DNA of 32,000 bases from Desulfobulbus propionicus DSM 2032 (GCF_000186885.1 NC_014972.1:2100001-2132000); one strand, 5' to 3'; shown: positions 1 to 10,775, numbered from the stretch's first letter. Notes: a model not told the origin generated them from the sequence alone. Program-made: numbers and translations.

Positions 1-2
1 TG

Positions 3-392
3 ACCATTTTCACAGTGTGGGTCAATCTGGTCATCGCCAACGTTCTGGCAGGGCGTCAAAATAACGGGAGTCTGCCTTGGGGACGATATTCCTCCTGGAA
101 ACTGCCGGACCAGCTGATATGGCTACCCATCGTCGCCGTTTCCCTGCTGATCGTCGGGCACGGTCCAATACAGTATGGAGGAGGCTGTCTGCTTCTTGTT
201 TCCGGCCTACTCTATTTCTTTCAAGGCTTAGCTGTGGTGATCGCCTTGTTTGAACGGTGGAATGTTCCGGTGCTGGTTCGAATCATTCTTTATTTTGTTT
301 TGCTCATCCAAAGCTACAGCGTGGTTTTTCTTGCCGTGCTCGGCTTAAGTGATGTTTGGTTCAACATGAGGCAAAAATCGGACGAGCGATGA
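3..392 (+). CDS. Integral membrane protein, 3' portion of a gene that begins left of the window (DUF2232/YybS-like by position)
   Basis: The frame is open from the window edge (pos 3) to the stop at 390-392. The product is very hydrophobic (LLIVGHGPIQYGGGCLLLVSGLLYFFQGLAVVIALF, ILYFVLLIQSYSVVFLAVLGL). It sits directly upstream of rplI, where DUF2232-type membrane proteins are commonly found. The family call rests on context only. Confidence 0.5.
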   Translation, partial: TIFTVWVNLVIANVLAGRQNNGSLPWGRYSSWKLPDQLIWLPIVAVSLLIVGHGPIQYGGGCLLLVSGLLYFFQGLAVVIALFERWNVPVLVRIILYFVLLIQSYSVVFLAVLGLSDVWFNMRQKSDER

Positions 393-487
393 ATCAGGTG
401 CGTTATGCATGGTTTTACTTGCGGCATGCCTGACACCTCATCGGTGCTAATTGATATATAGACGATATAACGAAGAGGGTCTTATTC

Positions 488-946
488 ATGGAAATCATAT
501 TAAAAGAAACAATCGAAACGTTGGGCCAGGAAGGCGAAATCGTTAAAGTGCGTCCTGGGTACGCCCGCAATTTCCTTATCCCTAAACAGAAAGCAGTTCT
601 GGTCAGTAAGGAATCGCTGGCTCGCTTGGAAAAGGAAAAACAGGCGATTGCCGCCCGGTTGGCCGAGCAGAAGAAGCAGGCAGAAGGCCTGGCTGCGCAG
701 CTCGAGGGGAAGGTGGTGATCATCGCCAAACGCGTCGGCGATGAAAATCGTCTGTTTGGTTCCGTTACTGGCAACGATATTGCCGTCAGCTTACAAGCGG
801 CCGGGGTAACGGTTGACAAAAAGAACATTGTTCTTCCGGATGCTATCAAGGCCATTGGCGAATACACCATCACCATCAAAACCGGTTATCAGACATCCGC
901 CAACGTGCTTGTGCAGGTTGTCGCGGAAACACCCGGCGAGGCGTGA
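488..946 (+). CDS. rplI: 50S ribosomal protein L9
   Basis: The N-terminus MEIILKETIETLGQEGEIVKVRPGYARNFLIPKQKAV carries the conserved L9 N-domain signature (V.V..GYARN.LIP...A). Length is 152 aa. AGAGGG lies 9 nt upstream of the ATG. dnaB follows, which is the classic rplI-dnaB synteny. Confidence 0.95.
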   Translation: MEIILKETIETLGQEGEIVKVRPGYARNFLIPKQKAVLVSKESLARLEKEKQAIAARLAEQKKQAEGLAAQLEGKVVIIAKRVGDENRLFGSVTGNDIAVSLQAAGVTVDKKNIVLPDAIKAIGEYTITIKTGYQTSANVLVQVVAETPGEA

Positions 947-1077
947 GCCCGACCCGATAACGTCCGTCTTTCTTCGCTAGGGAGCGGGGACATCGTCCTC
1001 CGTCCCCGGCCCGGCACAAGCTCTCCTCTCCCCTGGAACAGGGGCAGATGGAACTACTTATGCCGTTGGTGTGCCGT

Positions 1078-1116
1078 AACTGCCTTTTCTGCTCGCAGGA
1101 AAGGCAGTTCTATTTT
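1078..1116 (+). terminator. Rho-independent terminator downstream of rplI
   Basis: AACTGCCTTT (1078-1087) pairs perfectly with AAAGGCAGTT (1100-1109). An inner CTGC/GCAG extension is present. The stem is followed by CTATTTT. Confidence 0.55.
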
Positions 1117-1120
1117 CAAC

Positions 1121-1149
1121 GTGCCATTCCCTGGCGGTGACGGTATAGT
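1121..1149 (+). promoter_or_regulatory. Candidate sigma-70 promoter for dnaB
   Basis: -35 GTGCCA (1121-1126), 17-nt spacer, -10 TATAGT (1144-1149), about 45 nt before the ATG at 1196. This is a by-eye match only. Confidence 0.25.
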
Positions 1150-1195
1150 TGCGCTCGCGCACAAATTTTCCTTTCTTCGGCCCCGCAATCAACCT

Positions 1196-2608
1196 ATGCA
1201 GCACCTAGTTCCTTCAACCATGCCATCTCCCCGGGTTCTTCCTCCGCAAAACATCGAGGCCGAACAAGCGGTACTGGGAACGATTCTACTGCAGGACAAA
1301 GCCTTGCTGAAGATTGTCGAGGTGCTGGAACCGGAGGACTTCTATCGGGACGCCCACAAGACCATTTATGCGGCAATGCGCACCCTTTTCGAAAAACGGG
1401 AGCCGCATGACCTGATCACCGTCACCGGCCTGCTCGGCGATCAGAATAAACTGGAAGAGGTCGGCGGTGCCGCCTATCTGGCCTCGCTCACCGATATCAT
1501 TCCCTTTTCCGGAACGCTGGTCCACCATGCCCAGATTATTCGCAAGAAATCCATCCTCCGCAAACTGATCCAAACCACCTCCGAGGTGGCCGCCCGTTGC
1601 TATGACGCCCAGGATGATATTGAAACCCTGGTTGATCAGGCTGAAAAAACCATCTTCGAAATTGCTCATTCTAACAAGGGCCAAGGGTTTCAGCCCATGG
1701 GCACCATCGTGCCCCGTGCCTTTGAACGGATCACGAGATTGTTCGACAAACAGGAACACATCACCGGCGTGGCCACCGGCTATGATGAACTCGACCGCAT
1801 GACTGCCGGTCTGCAACCCGCGGAATTGATCATTCTCGCGGCCCGTCCCTCCATGGGCAAGACCGCCTTGGCGATGAACATCGTCCAGCACGCGGCCCTG
1901 ATCGGCAAGGTGGCGGTGGCGGTGTTCAGCCTGGAAATGTCCATGGAATCCCTGGCGCTGCGCATGCTCTGCTCGGTTGGCCGCATCGATTCCCAGCGGA
2001 TTCGCACCGGCAAGCTCCACGACAATGACTGGCCCAAACTGACCCGGGCCACCGGGATGCTGGCCGATGCGCCGATCTACATCGATGACACCCCCGGCCT
2101 GACAGTGCTCGAAATGCGGGCCAAAGCGCGACGGCTGAAATCCGAGCACGATCTCGGCCTGATCGTGGTCGACTATCTCCAGCTGATGCAAGGCAAGAGC
2201 AACTCGGAGAACCGGGCCCAGGAGATCTCGGAAATCTCCCGCTCGCTCAAAGCCATGGCCAAGGAACTGGATGTACCCGTGCTGGCCTTGTCCCAGCTCA
2301 ACCGCAGCCTGGAAAACCGTACCGACAAGCGGCCCCAGCTCGCCGACCTGCGCGAATCGGGTGCCATCGAGCAGGATGCGGACGTGATCATGTTCATCTA
2401 CCGCGACGAGGTCTACAACCGAGCCGAGGACAATCCCAATCGGGGATTGGCGGAAATCATTGTCGGCAAGCAACGCAACGGACCGACCGGCATGATCAAG
2501 CTCACCTTTCTTGGCGAGTACACCACTTTTGAAAATTACACCAGCCGCCTACCCGGTTCCCATTACCAGCCGGAACCCGGTATGGCCGCTGAATTCGATT
2601 TCACCTGA
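1196..2608 (+). CDS. dnaB: Replicative DNA helicase DnaB
   Basis: N-domain motif [17 protein letters not shown], Walker [21 protein letters not shown], and the C-terminal [11 protein letters not shown] motif. I prefer the ATG at 1196 (470 aa) over the track's GTG at 1121, because the extension would overlap the promoter and terminator region. The ATG at 1220 is an alternative. Confidence 0.95.
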   Translation: MQHLVPSTMPSPRVLPPQNIEAEQAVLGTILLQDKALLKIVEVLEPEDFYRDAHKTIYAAMRTLFEKREPHDLITVTGLLGDQNKLEEVGGAAYLASLTDIIPFSGTLVHHAQIIRKKSILRKLIQTTSEVAARCYDAQDDIETLVDQAEKTIFEIAHSNKGQGFQPMGTIVPRAFERITRLFDKQEHITGVATGYDELDRMTAGLQPAELIILAARPSMGKTALAMNIVQHAALIGKVAVAVFSLEMSMESLALRMLCSVGRIDSQRIRTGKLHDNDWPKLTRATGMLADAPIYIDDTPGLTVLEMRAKARRLKSEHDLGLIVVDYLQLMQGKSNSENRAQEISEISRSLKAMAKELDVPVLALSQLNRSLENRTDKRPQLADLRESGAIEQDADVIMFIYRDEVYNRAEDNPNRGLAEIIVGKQRNGPTGMIKLTFLGEYTTFENYTSRLPGSHYQPEPGMAAEFDFT

Positions 2609-2652
2609 TTCGATACCGACCTTCAACCATCTCAACATTCGCACAGCCCGTC

Positions 2653-5124
2653 ATGCAGATCAACGACAAGTACGATTTCAAGGCCATCGAGCAGCGATGG
2701 CAGCAACGCTGGGAACAGGAAACGACCAACAAAGTCAGCCATCAACCGGGACGGCCCAAATACTATGTCCTGGAGATGTTCCCCTACCCGTCCGGCCGGA
2801 TTCACATGGGGCATGTGCGCAACTATTCCATCGGCGATGTCATCGCCCGTTACAAACGGATGCAGGGGTTCAACGTCCTCCATCCCATGGGGTGGGATGC
2901 CTTCGGCCTGCCGGCGGAGAATGCGGCCATGAAACGGGGCATCCACCCAGCCTCCTGGACCTATGAGAACATCGACTACATGCGCGGTCAGCTCAAGGCC
3001 ATGGGCTTAAGCTATGATTGGGACCGGGAACTGGCCACCTGCGGGCCAGAATACTACCGCTGGGAACAGCAGCTGTTTCTCAAGATGCTCGAACGCGGCC
3101 TGATTTATCGCAAGGAGACCACGGTCAACTGGTGCGACGACTGCCAGACCGTGCTTGCCCGTGAGCAGGTGATTGACGGCACCTGCTGGCGTTGCGACCA
3201 GCCGGTCCTGCCCAAGACCATGCACGGTTGGTTTTTCAAGATCACTGATTATGCCGAGGAATTGCTGGCCGATCTCGATAAACTCGGCGGCTGGCCGGAG
3301 AAAGTGGTCACCATGCAGCGCAACTGGATCGGCAAAAGCACTGGCCTGGCCTGCGACTTCAAGGTGGAAGGGACTGACCAGACGATCACCATCTTCACCA
3401 CCCGGCCGGACACCATTTTTGGCGTTACCTTCATGTCCCTGGCGGTGGAGCATCCCCTGCTCAAGACCCTGACCGCCGGCAAGTCTCAGGAAGCGCAGGT
3501 ACGAACCTTCATCGAGGAGACCATGGTGGCCAAGCAGCGGGCCAGCCTGGACCAGGAGGTGGAAAAGCGGGGGGTATTCACCGGCAGCTACTGCACCAAT
3601 CCTTTTACCGGCGAGCGAGTGCCGATCTACGCCGCCAACTTCGTGCTCATGGAGTACGGCACCGGCGCGGTCATGGCTGTTCCCGCCCATGATCAGCGTG
3701 ATTTTGAATTTGCCCGCAAGTACGACCTGCCGATCCGGGTGGTGGTGCAACCCGAAGGCGATTCCCTGGATCCGGTCACCATGACCGCCGCGTCGGAGGG
3801 TCCGGGCATGCTGGTTGCCTCCGGTGCCTTCACTGGCATGGATTCCCTTTCCGCGCAACAGGCGATCATCGACCATGCCCACCAGGCCGGATTCGGACGA
3901 CCGCATGTCACCTACCGGTTGCGCGATTGGGGTATTTCCCGCCAGCGCTACTGGGGAGCGCCCATCCCGGTGATCCACTGCGACAGCTGCGGCATCGTGC
4001 CGGTGCCCGAATCGGACCTGCCCATCCTCCTCCCCGGTGCTGGCGAGCCCAAGGGCAGCCACAGCCCGCTTCATCAGCAAGAAGCGTTCATCGCCACCGC
4101 CTGTCCGCGCTGTGGCAAACCCGCCCGCCGGGAAACCGATACCCTCGACACTTTTGTCGAGTCTTCCTGGTACTTTGCCCGCTACACCAATCCAGGACTC
4201 GACACCGCGCCCATCGACAGAGAGGCCGCCGCCTACTGGCTGCCGGTGGATCAGTACATCGGCGGGGTGGAGCATGCCATCCTCCATCTGCTCTATGCCC
4301 GTTTCTTCACCAAGATGCTGCGCGATCTCGGCTACCTGAGTGTGGATGAGCCCTTCACCAACCTGCTCACCCAGGGCATGGTGATCAAGGATGGCGCCAA
4401 GATGTCCAAATCCAAAGGCAACGTGGTCGATCCCAACGAGCTGATCCAACAGTATGGTGCCGATACGGTCCGTCTGTTCTCGTTGTTTGCCGCACCGCCG
4501 GAACGGGATCTGGAATGGAACGCCCAGGGCGTGGAAGGCGCCTCGCGCTTCCTCAACCGAGTCTACCGGCTGGTGGTGCAGAATCTTTCCTGCTTCCAAC
4601 AGCCGGCCGCTGTCGATCTCACCGCCCTCAACGAACCGTCTCGGGCGCTGTATCGTAAAACCCACCAAACCATTCGGCGGGTGACCGAAAGCATCGAGAG
4701 CAATTTTCACTTCAATACCGCCATCTCCGGAGTCATGGAACTGGTCAACCTGGCCACCACCCAGACCGACGAGCCCATCGACCCGGCAGTGCAGCGGGAA
4801 ACCCTGGAAACCATCCTTACCCTGCTCTTTCCCATGGTCCCCCACTTCTGCGAGGAATTGTGGGCGATCTCGGGCCATACCCGGCAGCTCCATCACACCT
4901 CCTGGCCTGCCTTCAATATCGAGGCGGCCAAGGAAGATGAGATTACCATCGTCGTCCAGGTCAACGGCAAGGTGCGGGCCAAACTACAGGTCCCCGCCGA
5001 TATCGACGACCAAACCCTGCGGCAGCAGGCCTTGTCCGAGGAAAAAATCGCCAAGCTGCTCGACGACAAATCACCGAAAAAGGTGATCGTAGTGCAAAAG
5101 AAATTGGTGAATATTGTCCTGTAA
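2653..5124 (+). CDS. leuS: Leucine--tRNA ligase
   Basis: HIGH motif ([15 protein letters not shown]) and KMSKS motif ([10 protein letters not shown]). The CP1 editing region contains TTRPDTIFG. Length is 823 aa. Confidence 0.97.
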   Translation: MQINDKYDFKAIEQRWQQRWEQETTNKVSHQPGRPKYYVLEMFPYPSGRIHMGHVRNYSIGDVIARYKRMQGFNVLHPMGWDAFGLPAENAAMKRGIHPASWTYENIDYMRGQLKAMGLSYDWDRELATCGPEYYRWEQQLFLKMLERGLIYRKETTVNWCDDCQTVLAREQVIDGTCWRCDQPVLPKTMHGWFFKITDYAEELLADLDKLGGWPEKVVTMQRNWIGKSTGLACDFKVEGTDQTITIFTTRPDTIFGVTFMSLAVEHPLLKTLTAGKSQEAQVRTFIEETMVAKQRASLDQEVEKRGVFTGSYCTNPFTGERVPIYAANFVLMEYGTGAVMAVPAHDQRDFEFARKYDLPIRVVVQPEGDSLDPVTMTAASEGPGMLVASGAFTGMDSLSAQQAIIDHAHQAGFGRPHVTYRLRDWGISRQRYWGAPIPVIHCDSCGIVPVPESDLPILLPGAGEPKGSHSPLHQQEAFIATACPRCGKPARRETDTLDTFVESSWYFARYTNPGLDTAPIDREAAAYWLPVDQYIGGVEHAILHLLYARFFTKMLRDLGYLSVDEPFTNLLTQGMVIKDGAKMSKSKGNVVDPNELIQQYGADTVRLFSLFAAPPERDLEWNAQGVEGASRFLNRVYRLVVQNLSCFQQPAAVDLTALNEPSRALYRKTHQTIRRVTESIESNFHFNTAISGVMELVNLATTQTDEPIDPAVQRETLETILTLLFPMVPHFCEELWAISGHTRQLHHTSWPAFNIEAAKEDEITIVVQVNGKVRAKLQVPADIDDQTLRQQALSEEKIAKLLDDKSPKKVIVVQKKLVNIVL

Positions 5125-5194
5125 TCCATTCACGCCATGCTCGCCGCCGATCCTGGTCCCGGCCTCTGATCGCCGACTTGAAGGAAGGAATGCC

Positions 5195-5737
5195 ATGCGA
5201 AACTTGCCATCGATCCAATGGGGGATCATCTTGCTCTGCCTGCTGCTGCTCAGTGGCTGCGGCTATTATTTTCCCCATGTCTATGAAGGCGGGCACAAGG
5301 TCATCTACATGCCCGCCTGGAAAAACCGGACCAATAAACTGAACCTGGACATGAAGATTTATCAGTCCCTGTCCCGTTGGTTTCAAAAGTCCCAATCGGT
5401 CGACCTGTCCAAGGAAAAGAGCGGTGCCGATTTTATCCTGGCGGGAGAGATTCTGTCCATCGATCTGCCCACCGTTTCCTGGAACAGTGTTTCCGACGCC
5501 ACCGGTACCAAGGTGAACCTCACGGTTCGTTATGCCCTCAAGGATGTCCAATCAGGCAAGATCATCTGGGAAGTGCCCCGCAAGCTTTACACTGCCGATT
5601 ATACGGTGCAAACGGCGACCAGCGCCGCCGATGACCAAGCCCTGGCCACCATCATCGAGGACATGTCGGAAAACATCTACCTGGGAACCCTCAATAAAAT
5701 CCGCAAACAACAGGCTCAATCGCCACCGCCCAAGTGA
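5195..5737 (+). CDS. lptE: LptE-like LPS-assembly lipoprotein
   Basis: Signal peptide with lipobox LLLLSGC. Strong SD AAGGAAGGA lies before the ATG at 5195. The position immediately after leuS matches the conserved proteobacterial leuS-lptE synteny. The family call is mainly by context, and the track's start at 5114 overlaps leuS so I rejected it. Confidence 0.55.
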   Translation: MRNLPSIQWGIILLCLLLLSGCGYYFPHVYEGGHKVIYMPAWKNRTNKLNLDMKIYQSLSRWFQKSQSVDLSKEKSGADFILAGEILSIDLPTVSWNSVSDATGTKVNLTVRYALKDVQSGKIIWEVPRKLYTADYTVQTATSAADDQALATIIEDMSENIYLGTLNKIRKQQAQSPPPK

Positions 5738-5807
5738 ACGTAACCCCAACGGTTGATCAAGGCGCCACGGAGCAGTCTGCGGCGCCTTTTTCTTTCCTTT
5801 TCATTGT

Positions 5808-6797
5808 ATGGACCATACCCTGACAACCGCCCTGCCCCCCCTCACCATCGGCTCCCTGCATCTGGGCAACTCGTTGGTGCTGGCTCCCTTGGCCGGCTAT
5901 ACCGATCTGCCCTTCCGCCTGTTGTGTCGGGAAAACGGCGCGGCCCTGTGCTTTTCCGAGATGATCAGTTGCCACGGCCTAGTGTACGAGCAGAAGAATA
6001 CGCTAGAACTGCTGCGAACGGTTCCGGAAGAGCGACCCTTCGCCGTCCAGTTGTTCGGCAGTGAACCGGAATTGATGGCCAGGGCGACGGCCATGGTCTC
6101 CTCCGGACCGGTGGATCTGATCGATATCAACATGGGCTGTCCGGTGCGCAAGGTAATCAAGAAGGGCTGCGGGGCGGCGCTGATGAAAGACCCCCAGCGG
6201 GCCGAGGCCATTATTCGGGCGGTGTGCGCCCAGACCTCCCTGCCGGTGACGGTCAAATTCCGCAGCGGCTGGACCGGGGAGAGCGTTAACGCCCCGCAGT
6301 TTGCCGCCATGGCCGAAGCGGCCGGCGCCTCGGCGGTCACCATTCATGGCCGCACCTGGGTGCAGGGGTTCGGCGGCCGCGCCGACCGACGGGTCATCCG
6401 GGCGGTGAAGGATGCGGTGTCAATTCCGGTGATTGGCAACGGCGACATCCTTACCCGTGCCGATGCACTGGAGATGATGGCCGAAACCGGGTGCGACGGA
6501 GTGATGGTGGGACGGGGTGCGCTCGGCAACCCCTGGCTGTTCTCGCCGTCGGGCAGGCCGGCGACCCTGGCAAACCGGTTGCCGGTGATTGAACGCTATC
6601 TCCAATTGGCTGAACAGTTTCTGCCCCTGGACAAAGTGCTGTTCAAGGTGAAAAATCACACCGCCAAGTTTCTCTCCGGCCTTGCCGGCGCGGCCACCCT
6701 CCGCCATGCCCTCTATGCCTGCGACAGCACCGAGGAAATGCTCGCCCTGCTCGCGCGTCACAGTGCGGCAACCGACCACGATGCCCCTCACTCCTGA
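5808..6797 (+). CDS. tRNA-dihydrouridine synthase (DusB-like)
   Basis: LAPLAGYTDLPFRLLCRENGA at the N-terminus, DINMGCPVRKV (catalytic Cys loop) and TIHGRT are typical of the Dus TIM-barrel flavoenzyme family. Confidence 0.9.
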   Translation: MDHTLTTALPPLTIGSLHLGNSLVLAPLAGYTDLPFRLLCRENGAALCFSEMISCHGLVYEQKNTLELLRTVPEERPFAVQLFGSEPELMARATAMVSSGPVDLIDINMGCPVRKVIKKGCGAALMKDPQRAEAIIRAVCAQTSLPVTVKFRSGWTGESVNAPQFAAMAEAAGASAVTIHGRTWVQGFGGRADRRVIRAVKDAVSIPVIGNGDILTRADALEMMAETGCDGVMVGRGALGNPWLFSPSGRPATLANRLPVIERYLQLAEQFLPLDKVLFKVKNHTAKFLSGLAGAATLRHALYACDSTEEMLALLARHSAATDHDAPHS

Positions 6798-7564
6798 GGT
6801 TCGGGGGCAATCATTTTCGGTGCCGCCATCTTTTCTACCTGCCGATACAATTCCAGAGAGAGGGCTTGGGCCCGGTTCAGTTCTTCCCAGGACATCTCCA
6901 TCATCAGGTTGTTGCGATTGATGGCGGCAACGGTGTTACCCCGGCTGGCGGCCAGCGAATACCAGGCATACCCCCTTGCCCTATCGGTGGCGGTGCCGGT
7001 GCCTGTCGCGTACATCAGCCCGACGTTGGCCTGGGCCATGGTGTCTCCCTGCTGGGCCGCCTGCTCGTACAGTTCAAGCGCTTTTTGATAGTCGCGATCA
7101 CCGCCCAAACCGTTGTAATACAGGTAGGCCAAGTCGTTCTGCGCCGCCCGGTTGCCCTGCGCGGCCGCATTGGTCAACCATTTTTTCGCTTCAAGGTAAT
7201 TCTGCGGCACCGTGCTGCCACGCAGATACATGGCACCGATAATGGCCAGCGACTCCGGCGAGACCTTGCCCTGCTCGGCCGCCGCGAGCAGCCACTTGAA
7301 GCCGCCGCGCTTGTCCGGATCGGTTCCCTGTCCCTGATAGAGCATGCCGCCATAGACAAACTGGGCCTCGGCATCGCCGCGCTCCGCCGCCTGCCGATAC
7401 AACCCCAGGGAGCGGGCCAGATCGACCGGCCGGCCGATACCGTAGTAGGCGCGGTAGGCCTGGGCCTTGAGTTGCCGGATCACGGCCTCCGGCTCGCCGG
7501 TTTGCGCCCAACCAACGGTGACCAGAAAAAAAACAACCAAAAGCGAACCGAATGACCGTTGCAT
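6788..7564 (-). CDS. Secreted Sel1-repeat (TPR-like) protein
   Basis: Signal peptide MQRSFGSLLVVFFLVTVGWAQ. It is followed by repeated approx 36-aa Sel1 units (A..WY..AA.QG...AQ..LG.MY..G.G). I chose the ATG at 7564 rather than the track's 7681 because it exposes the signal peptide. Confidence 0.8.
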   Translation of the reverse strand: MQRSFGSLLVVFFLVTVGWAQTGEPEAVIRQLKAQAYRAYYGIGRPVDLARSLGLYRQAAERGDAEAQFVYGGMLYQGQGTDPDKRGGFKWLLAAAEQGKVSPESLAIIGAMYLRGSTVPQNYLEAKKWLTNAAAQGNRAAQNDLAYLYYNGLGGDRDYQKALELYEQAAQQGDTMAQANVGLMYATGTGTATDRARGYAWYSLAASRGNTVAAINRNNLMMEMSWEELNRAQALSLELYRQVEKMAAPKMIAPEPQE

Positions 7565-7698
7565 GGCCTCACCCCATGAACAGAAAAGTATGCACGAACC
7601 GACCAGCTTCTGGTTAAACCGCATGGGCCACGCCGCTTCAAGCAAAAAGCGGACACACCGAGGACAATGGCGCGGATTCATTCGGCCCCATCGGCCGG

Positions 7699-9957
7699 TC
7701 AGCTGGTGAGGGCGCGATAGATTTCCGGCATCCGTGCCGGCAGTTGGTTGACCTTGTCGATGAAGATGTAGTTGACCTCGCCGTACATGTGGTTCATGTA
7801 CTCGTGGGCCTGACGGTCGATGGTGATGCAGAAGGGATGAATGCCCTTTGCCTTGGCTTCAAGCAGGGCGTGGCGGGTGTCCTCGATGGCGTAGTCGCCC
7901 TTGTAGTCGTCATAATCCTCGGGCTTGCCGTCGGAGAGCACGATCAGCAGGCGGATCTTGGCCTCCACTCCGGCAAACATCGAGGTCATGTGGCGAATGG
8001 CCGGGGCCATGCGGGTGTACTCGCGGGGACCGATGGCGCTGATCCGTTGTCGCACTCCTTGGGAGTAGCGCTCCTCCATGCGTTTGACCGGAAAAATCTC
8101 ACAGCGCAGCCGCCGCATGCCGGAAAAACCGTAGATGGCGTAGCGGTCGTTGAGGACCTCCATGGCTTCGCAGATCAGCACCAGGGCCTCCTTGATCGAT
8201 TGGCCGACCCAACCGCTGGTGGAGTTGGACATGTCGACCAGAAAGGTGACCGCGATATCGCGCTGATCCCGGGCCAGGCGGATGAACACCCGGTCCGATG
8301 GCGGCCGGCCGGCGGCGTTGTCGGCCAGGGATTCGACCAGGGCGTCAAGATCGATGTCGTTGCCCTCCCGCTGCCTGCGGACGAACCGTTCGCTGGTCTG
8401 CAGCAACTCGAACTGATGGCGCAGACGGCGAATCTGCCCCCGGTACTGCTTGAGGGTGTGCTCGATGAAATCGTTGCGCACCGGCTGAAGCTCCCGTTCC
8501 AGGACCACGCACCAGTTCTTGCGAAACCCCTTGCGGCGGTAATCCCATTCGTCATACACCACCGGTTCGACGCTCTCCTGCCCGCCCGCCCCGCCCCCCT
8601 GACGACCGAGGGTGAACACCTTGCCCGGCTGGCCTTCGCTGGCGCTGTTTCCCTGTTCACTGGTTCTGGTGGGGGTCTGATGTTGCTGATCCTGTCGGCT
8701 GCTTTCCTGAACCGCTTCGCTGATGTCGAACGGCTGCATCTGGGACTGGATGAACGGGCTCAACTGTTCCCAGGAGTTTTCCACGTCCATGATCAGGGCA
8801 ATGTCCTGTCCCTGCTGGCCCGAGGTGCCGTCGGGATTGTGCTCGTCGGCGGCGGTCTTGTTCTTTCCCTGCGGCAGCTGGACGTGCACGCTCTGCATCA
8901 TCCGCAATTCCTTGTCCATCTTCTGTTTCAACCCCAGATTGCGCATCTCCTGCAACCGCAGGGTACCCTGAAAAATCAACGGGCTGGTCTGGTCGAAGTT
9001 GTCGTCCGGGGCCAGTAGCGGCATCAGTTCACGAACCGCTTCCAAGCTGGCCACGTTGTCGGCCGTGTGCTGCTCGCACCCCTTGAGCAGGGCCATGGCC
9101 CGATCATCCACCGGCAACCGGCCCGGCTCGGTGCGGATACCGCGGAGAAACTCCAGTTGCAGCCGCTCAAGCAGATTGGGGGTGCCGGCCTCGTCGGCAG
9201 CCATCGGTAGCCGGGCCAGCAGCGGTCCTGCCTCGCGCATCAATCCCGGCAGCTCCTGGCGCAGGAAAGCCAACAGCCGCCCGGTTTCAAAGAAATGATA
9301 GAGGCAGCGCGCATTGGCGGGCTGGCTGAACTCGGAAAAAAAACAGTCGAGCGGATGCGCTCCTTTCTTGCGCAACGGCAGATGCTGGGGGGCCGCATAG
9401 GTGCCGGCCTGGAGACTGGCCCACTGGAAGCTGGCCATCAGTTTGTAGAGCAGGAAATTTTCCCCATGCTCGGCAAACAGACCGACCTCGCTGGGCAGAT
9501 AGATGGATTCGGCGTCGGTGGAGGCATCGGCCGCGCCGATCAGGGGCAATTCGCGTCCGGCCAAGCCGTTGACATAGGGTTGCAACCGGGGGCGGACGTC
9601 GATCAGCCGCAAACTGCCCTCGCCCCGGCGGTGGCAGACAAAGTGCTGCTCCACGTTCTCCATGAACTGTTGCGCCCCTCGCAGCCCCTCGGTCTCGTAC
9701 CGATCGAGCAGGGTGTGGACCCATATTGACAACTCATCCGCCTTCAGGCAGCACAACGCCGGGCCAGCGGCGGACAAATAGGCAAAGCAGAGCGAATGCG
9801 ACACCGGCCAGATGGCGGGAATCTGCGCGAAAATATCCTCCACATATTCCGCTTCGTCGGTGGCCAGTCCGCTGAGCGCCTCCTCCACGTCCCACTCGTT
9901 GGGTAGGCTGGGGGCCACCATGCGGTAGAATTTTTCCTTGAGCGTTTCCAGATCCAT
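7699..9957 (-). CDS. NorD/CbbO-family von Willebrand factor A domain protein
   Basis: The C-terminal VWA domain has a MIDAS-type DMSNSTS motif (VTFLVDMSNSTSGW), then LIVLSDGKPEDYDDY and HPFCITID. A YDEWDYRR motif lies upstream. The gene starts 5 nt after the stop of the CbbQ/NorQ ATPase gene. Confidence 0.85.
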   Translation of the reverse strand: MDLETLKEKFYRMVAPSLPNEWDVEEALSGLATDEAEYVEDIFAQIPAIWPVSHSLCFAYLSAAGPALCCLKADELSIWVHTLLDRYETEGLRGAQQFMENVEQHFVCHRRGEGSLRLIDVRPRLQPYVNGLAGRELPLIGAADASTDAESIYLPSEVGLFAEHGENFLLYKLMASFQWASLQAGTYAAPQHLPLRKKGAHPLDCFFSEFSQPANARCLYHFFETGRLLAFLRQELPGLMREAGPLLARLPMAADEAGTPNLLERLQLEFLRGIRTEPGRLPVDDRAMALLKGCEQHTADNVASLEAVRELMPLLAPDDNFDQTSPLIFQGTLRLQEMRNLGLKQKMDKELRMMQSVHVQLPQGKNKTAADEHNPDGTSGQQGQDIALIMDVENSWEQLSPFIQSQMQPFDISEAVQESSRQDQQHQTPTRTSEQGNSASEGQPGKVFTLGRQGGGAGGQESVEPVVYDEWDYRRKGFRKNWCVVLERELQPVRNDFIEHTLKQYRGQIRRLRHQFELLQTSERFVRRQREGNDIDLDALVESLADNAAGRPPSDRVFIRLARDQRDIAVTFLVDMSNSTSGWVGQSIKEALVLICEAMEVLNDRYAIYGFSGMRRLRCEIFPVKRMEERYSQGVRQRISAIGPREYTRMAPAIRHMTSMFAGVEAKIRLLIVLSDGKPEDYDDYKGDYAIEDTRHALLEAKAKGIHPFCITIDRQAHEYMNHMYGEVNYIFIDKVNQLPARMPEIYRALTS

Positions 9958-9962
9958 CGCTT

Positions 9963-10775
9963 TCAGAACAACGAACTGATCATCTCGTCCATGGCCGCCA
10001 GCAGTTCACGGTCGTCGGTCAGGGCCTCGCTGATGGCGGCGCGGCAGGCGGTCTTGATGGGGATGCCCCGGCCGATCAGCTTGCCGGTCTGAATCAAGAG
10101 CCGGGTCGAGGCGCCCTCGGCCAGCCCCGAATCCTTGAGGCCGCGGGTCATGGCGGCCAGCTTGACCAGTGGCTTGGCGATCTCCATCCCCAGCCGCCCT
10201 TCCCGGCAGACAATCTCCATCTCCCGCTCGGGATCGGGATAATCGAAGGACAGGGCAATGAATCGCTGGCGGGTCGAGGCCTTGAGGTCCTTGAGCACGC
10301 TCTGGTAACCGGGGTTGTAGGAGACCGCCAGCATGAATTCGGCCGGCGCGGTCAGCAGTTCGCCGCGTTTTTCGATCGGCAGTTGCCGCCGGTCGTCGGC
10401 CAAGGGATGAATGACCACGGTGGTGTCCTTGCGCGCCTCGACAATCTCGTCTAGATAGCAGATGGCCCCGGCCCGGACGGCCATAGTCAGCGGACCGTCG
10501 GTCCACACCGCCTCGCCGGCCCGGATCAGATAGCGGCCGACCAGGTCGGAGGTGGAGAGGTCGTCGTGACAGGAGACCGTCACCAGCGGCCGTTGCAGCC
10601 GCCAGGCCAGGTACTGCATGAAACGGGTCTTACCGCAGCCAGTGGGGCCTTTGAGCAACAGCGGCGAGCCGTCGTGATAGGCGGCGTCGGCAATGGCCAG
10701 CTCGTCGCCGGTGGGCAGATAATAGGGTTCTTGTTCGATGCGGTATTCGTCGATTCGCAGTTGTCGTCCTGGCAT
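9963..10775 (-). CDS. CbbQ/NirQ/NorQ-family (MoxR-like) AAA+ ATPase
   Basis: Walker A LLKGPTGCGKTRF and Walker B ICYLDEIVEA. Length is about 270 aa and AVSYNPGYQ is typical of CbbQ/NorQ. SD GGAGAA lies before the ATG. Confidence 0.9.
   Translation of the reverse strand: MPGRQLRIDEYRIEQEPYYLPTGDELAIADAAYHDGSPLLLKGPTGCGKTRFMQYLAWRLQRPLVTVSCHDDLSTSDLVGRYLIRAGEAVWTDGPLTMAVRAGAICYLDEIVEARKDTTVVIHPLADDRRQLPIEKRGELLTAPAEFMLAVSYNPGYQSVLKDLKASTRQRFIALSFDYPDPEREMEIVCREGRLGMEIAKPLVKLAAMTRGLKDSGLAEGASTRLLIQTGKLIGRGIPIKTACRAAISEALTDDRELLAAMDEMISSLF

Noticed and set aside
7231-7245. TGGCAC-CGATA-ATGGC resembles a -24/-12 promoter.
   Set aside because: It lies inside and antisense to the Sel1-repeat coding region. 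The -12 element is ATGG rather than TTGC.
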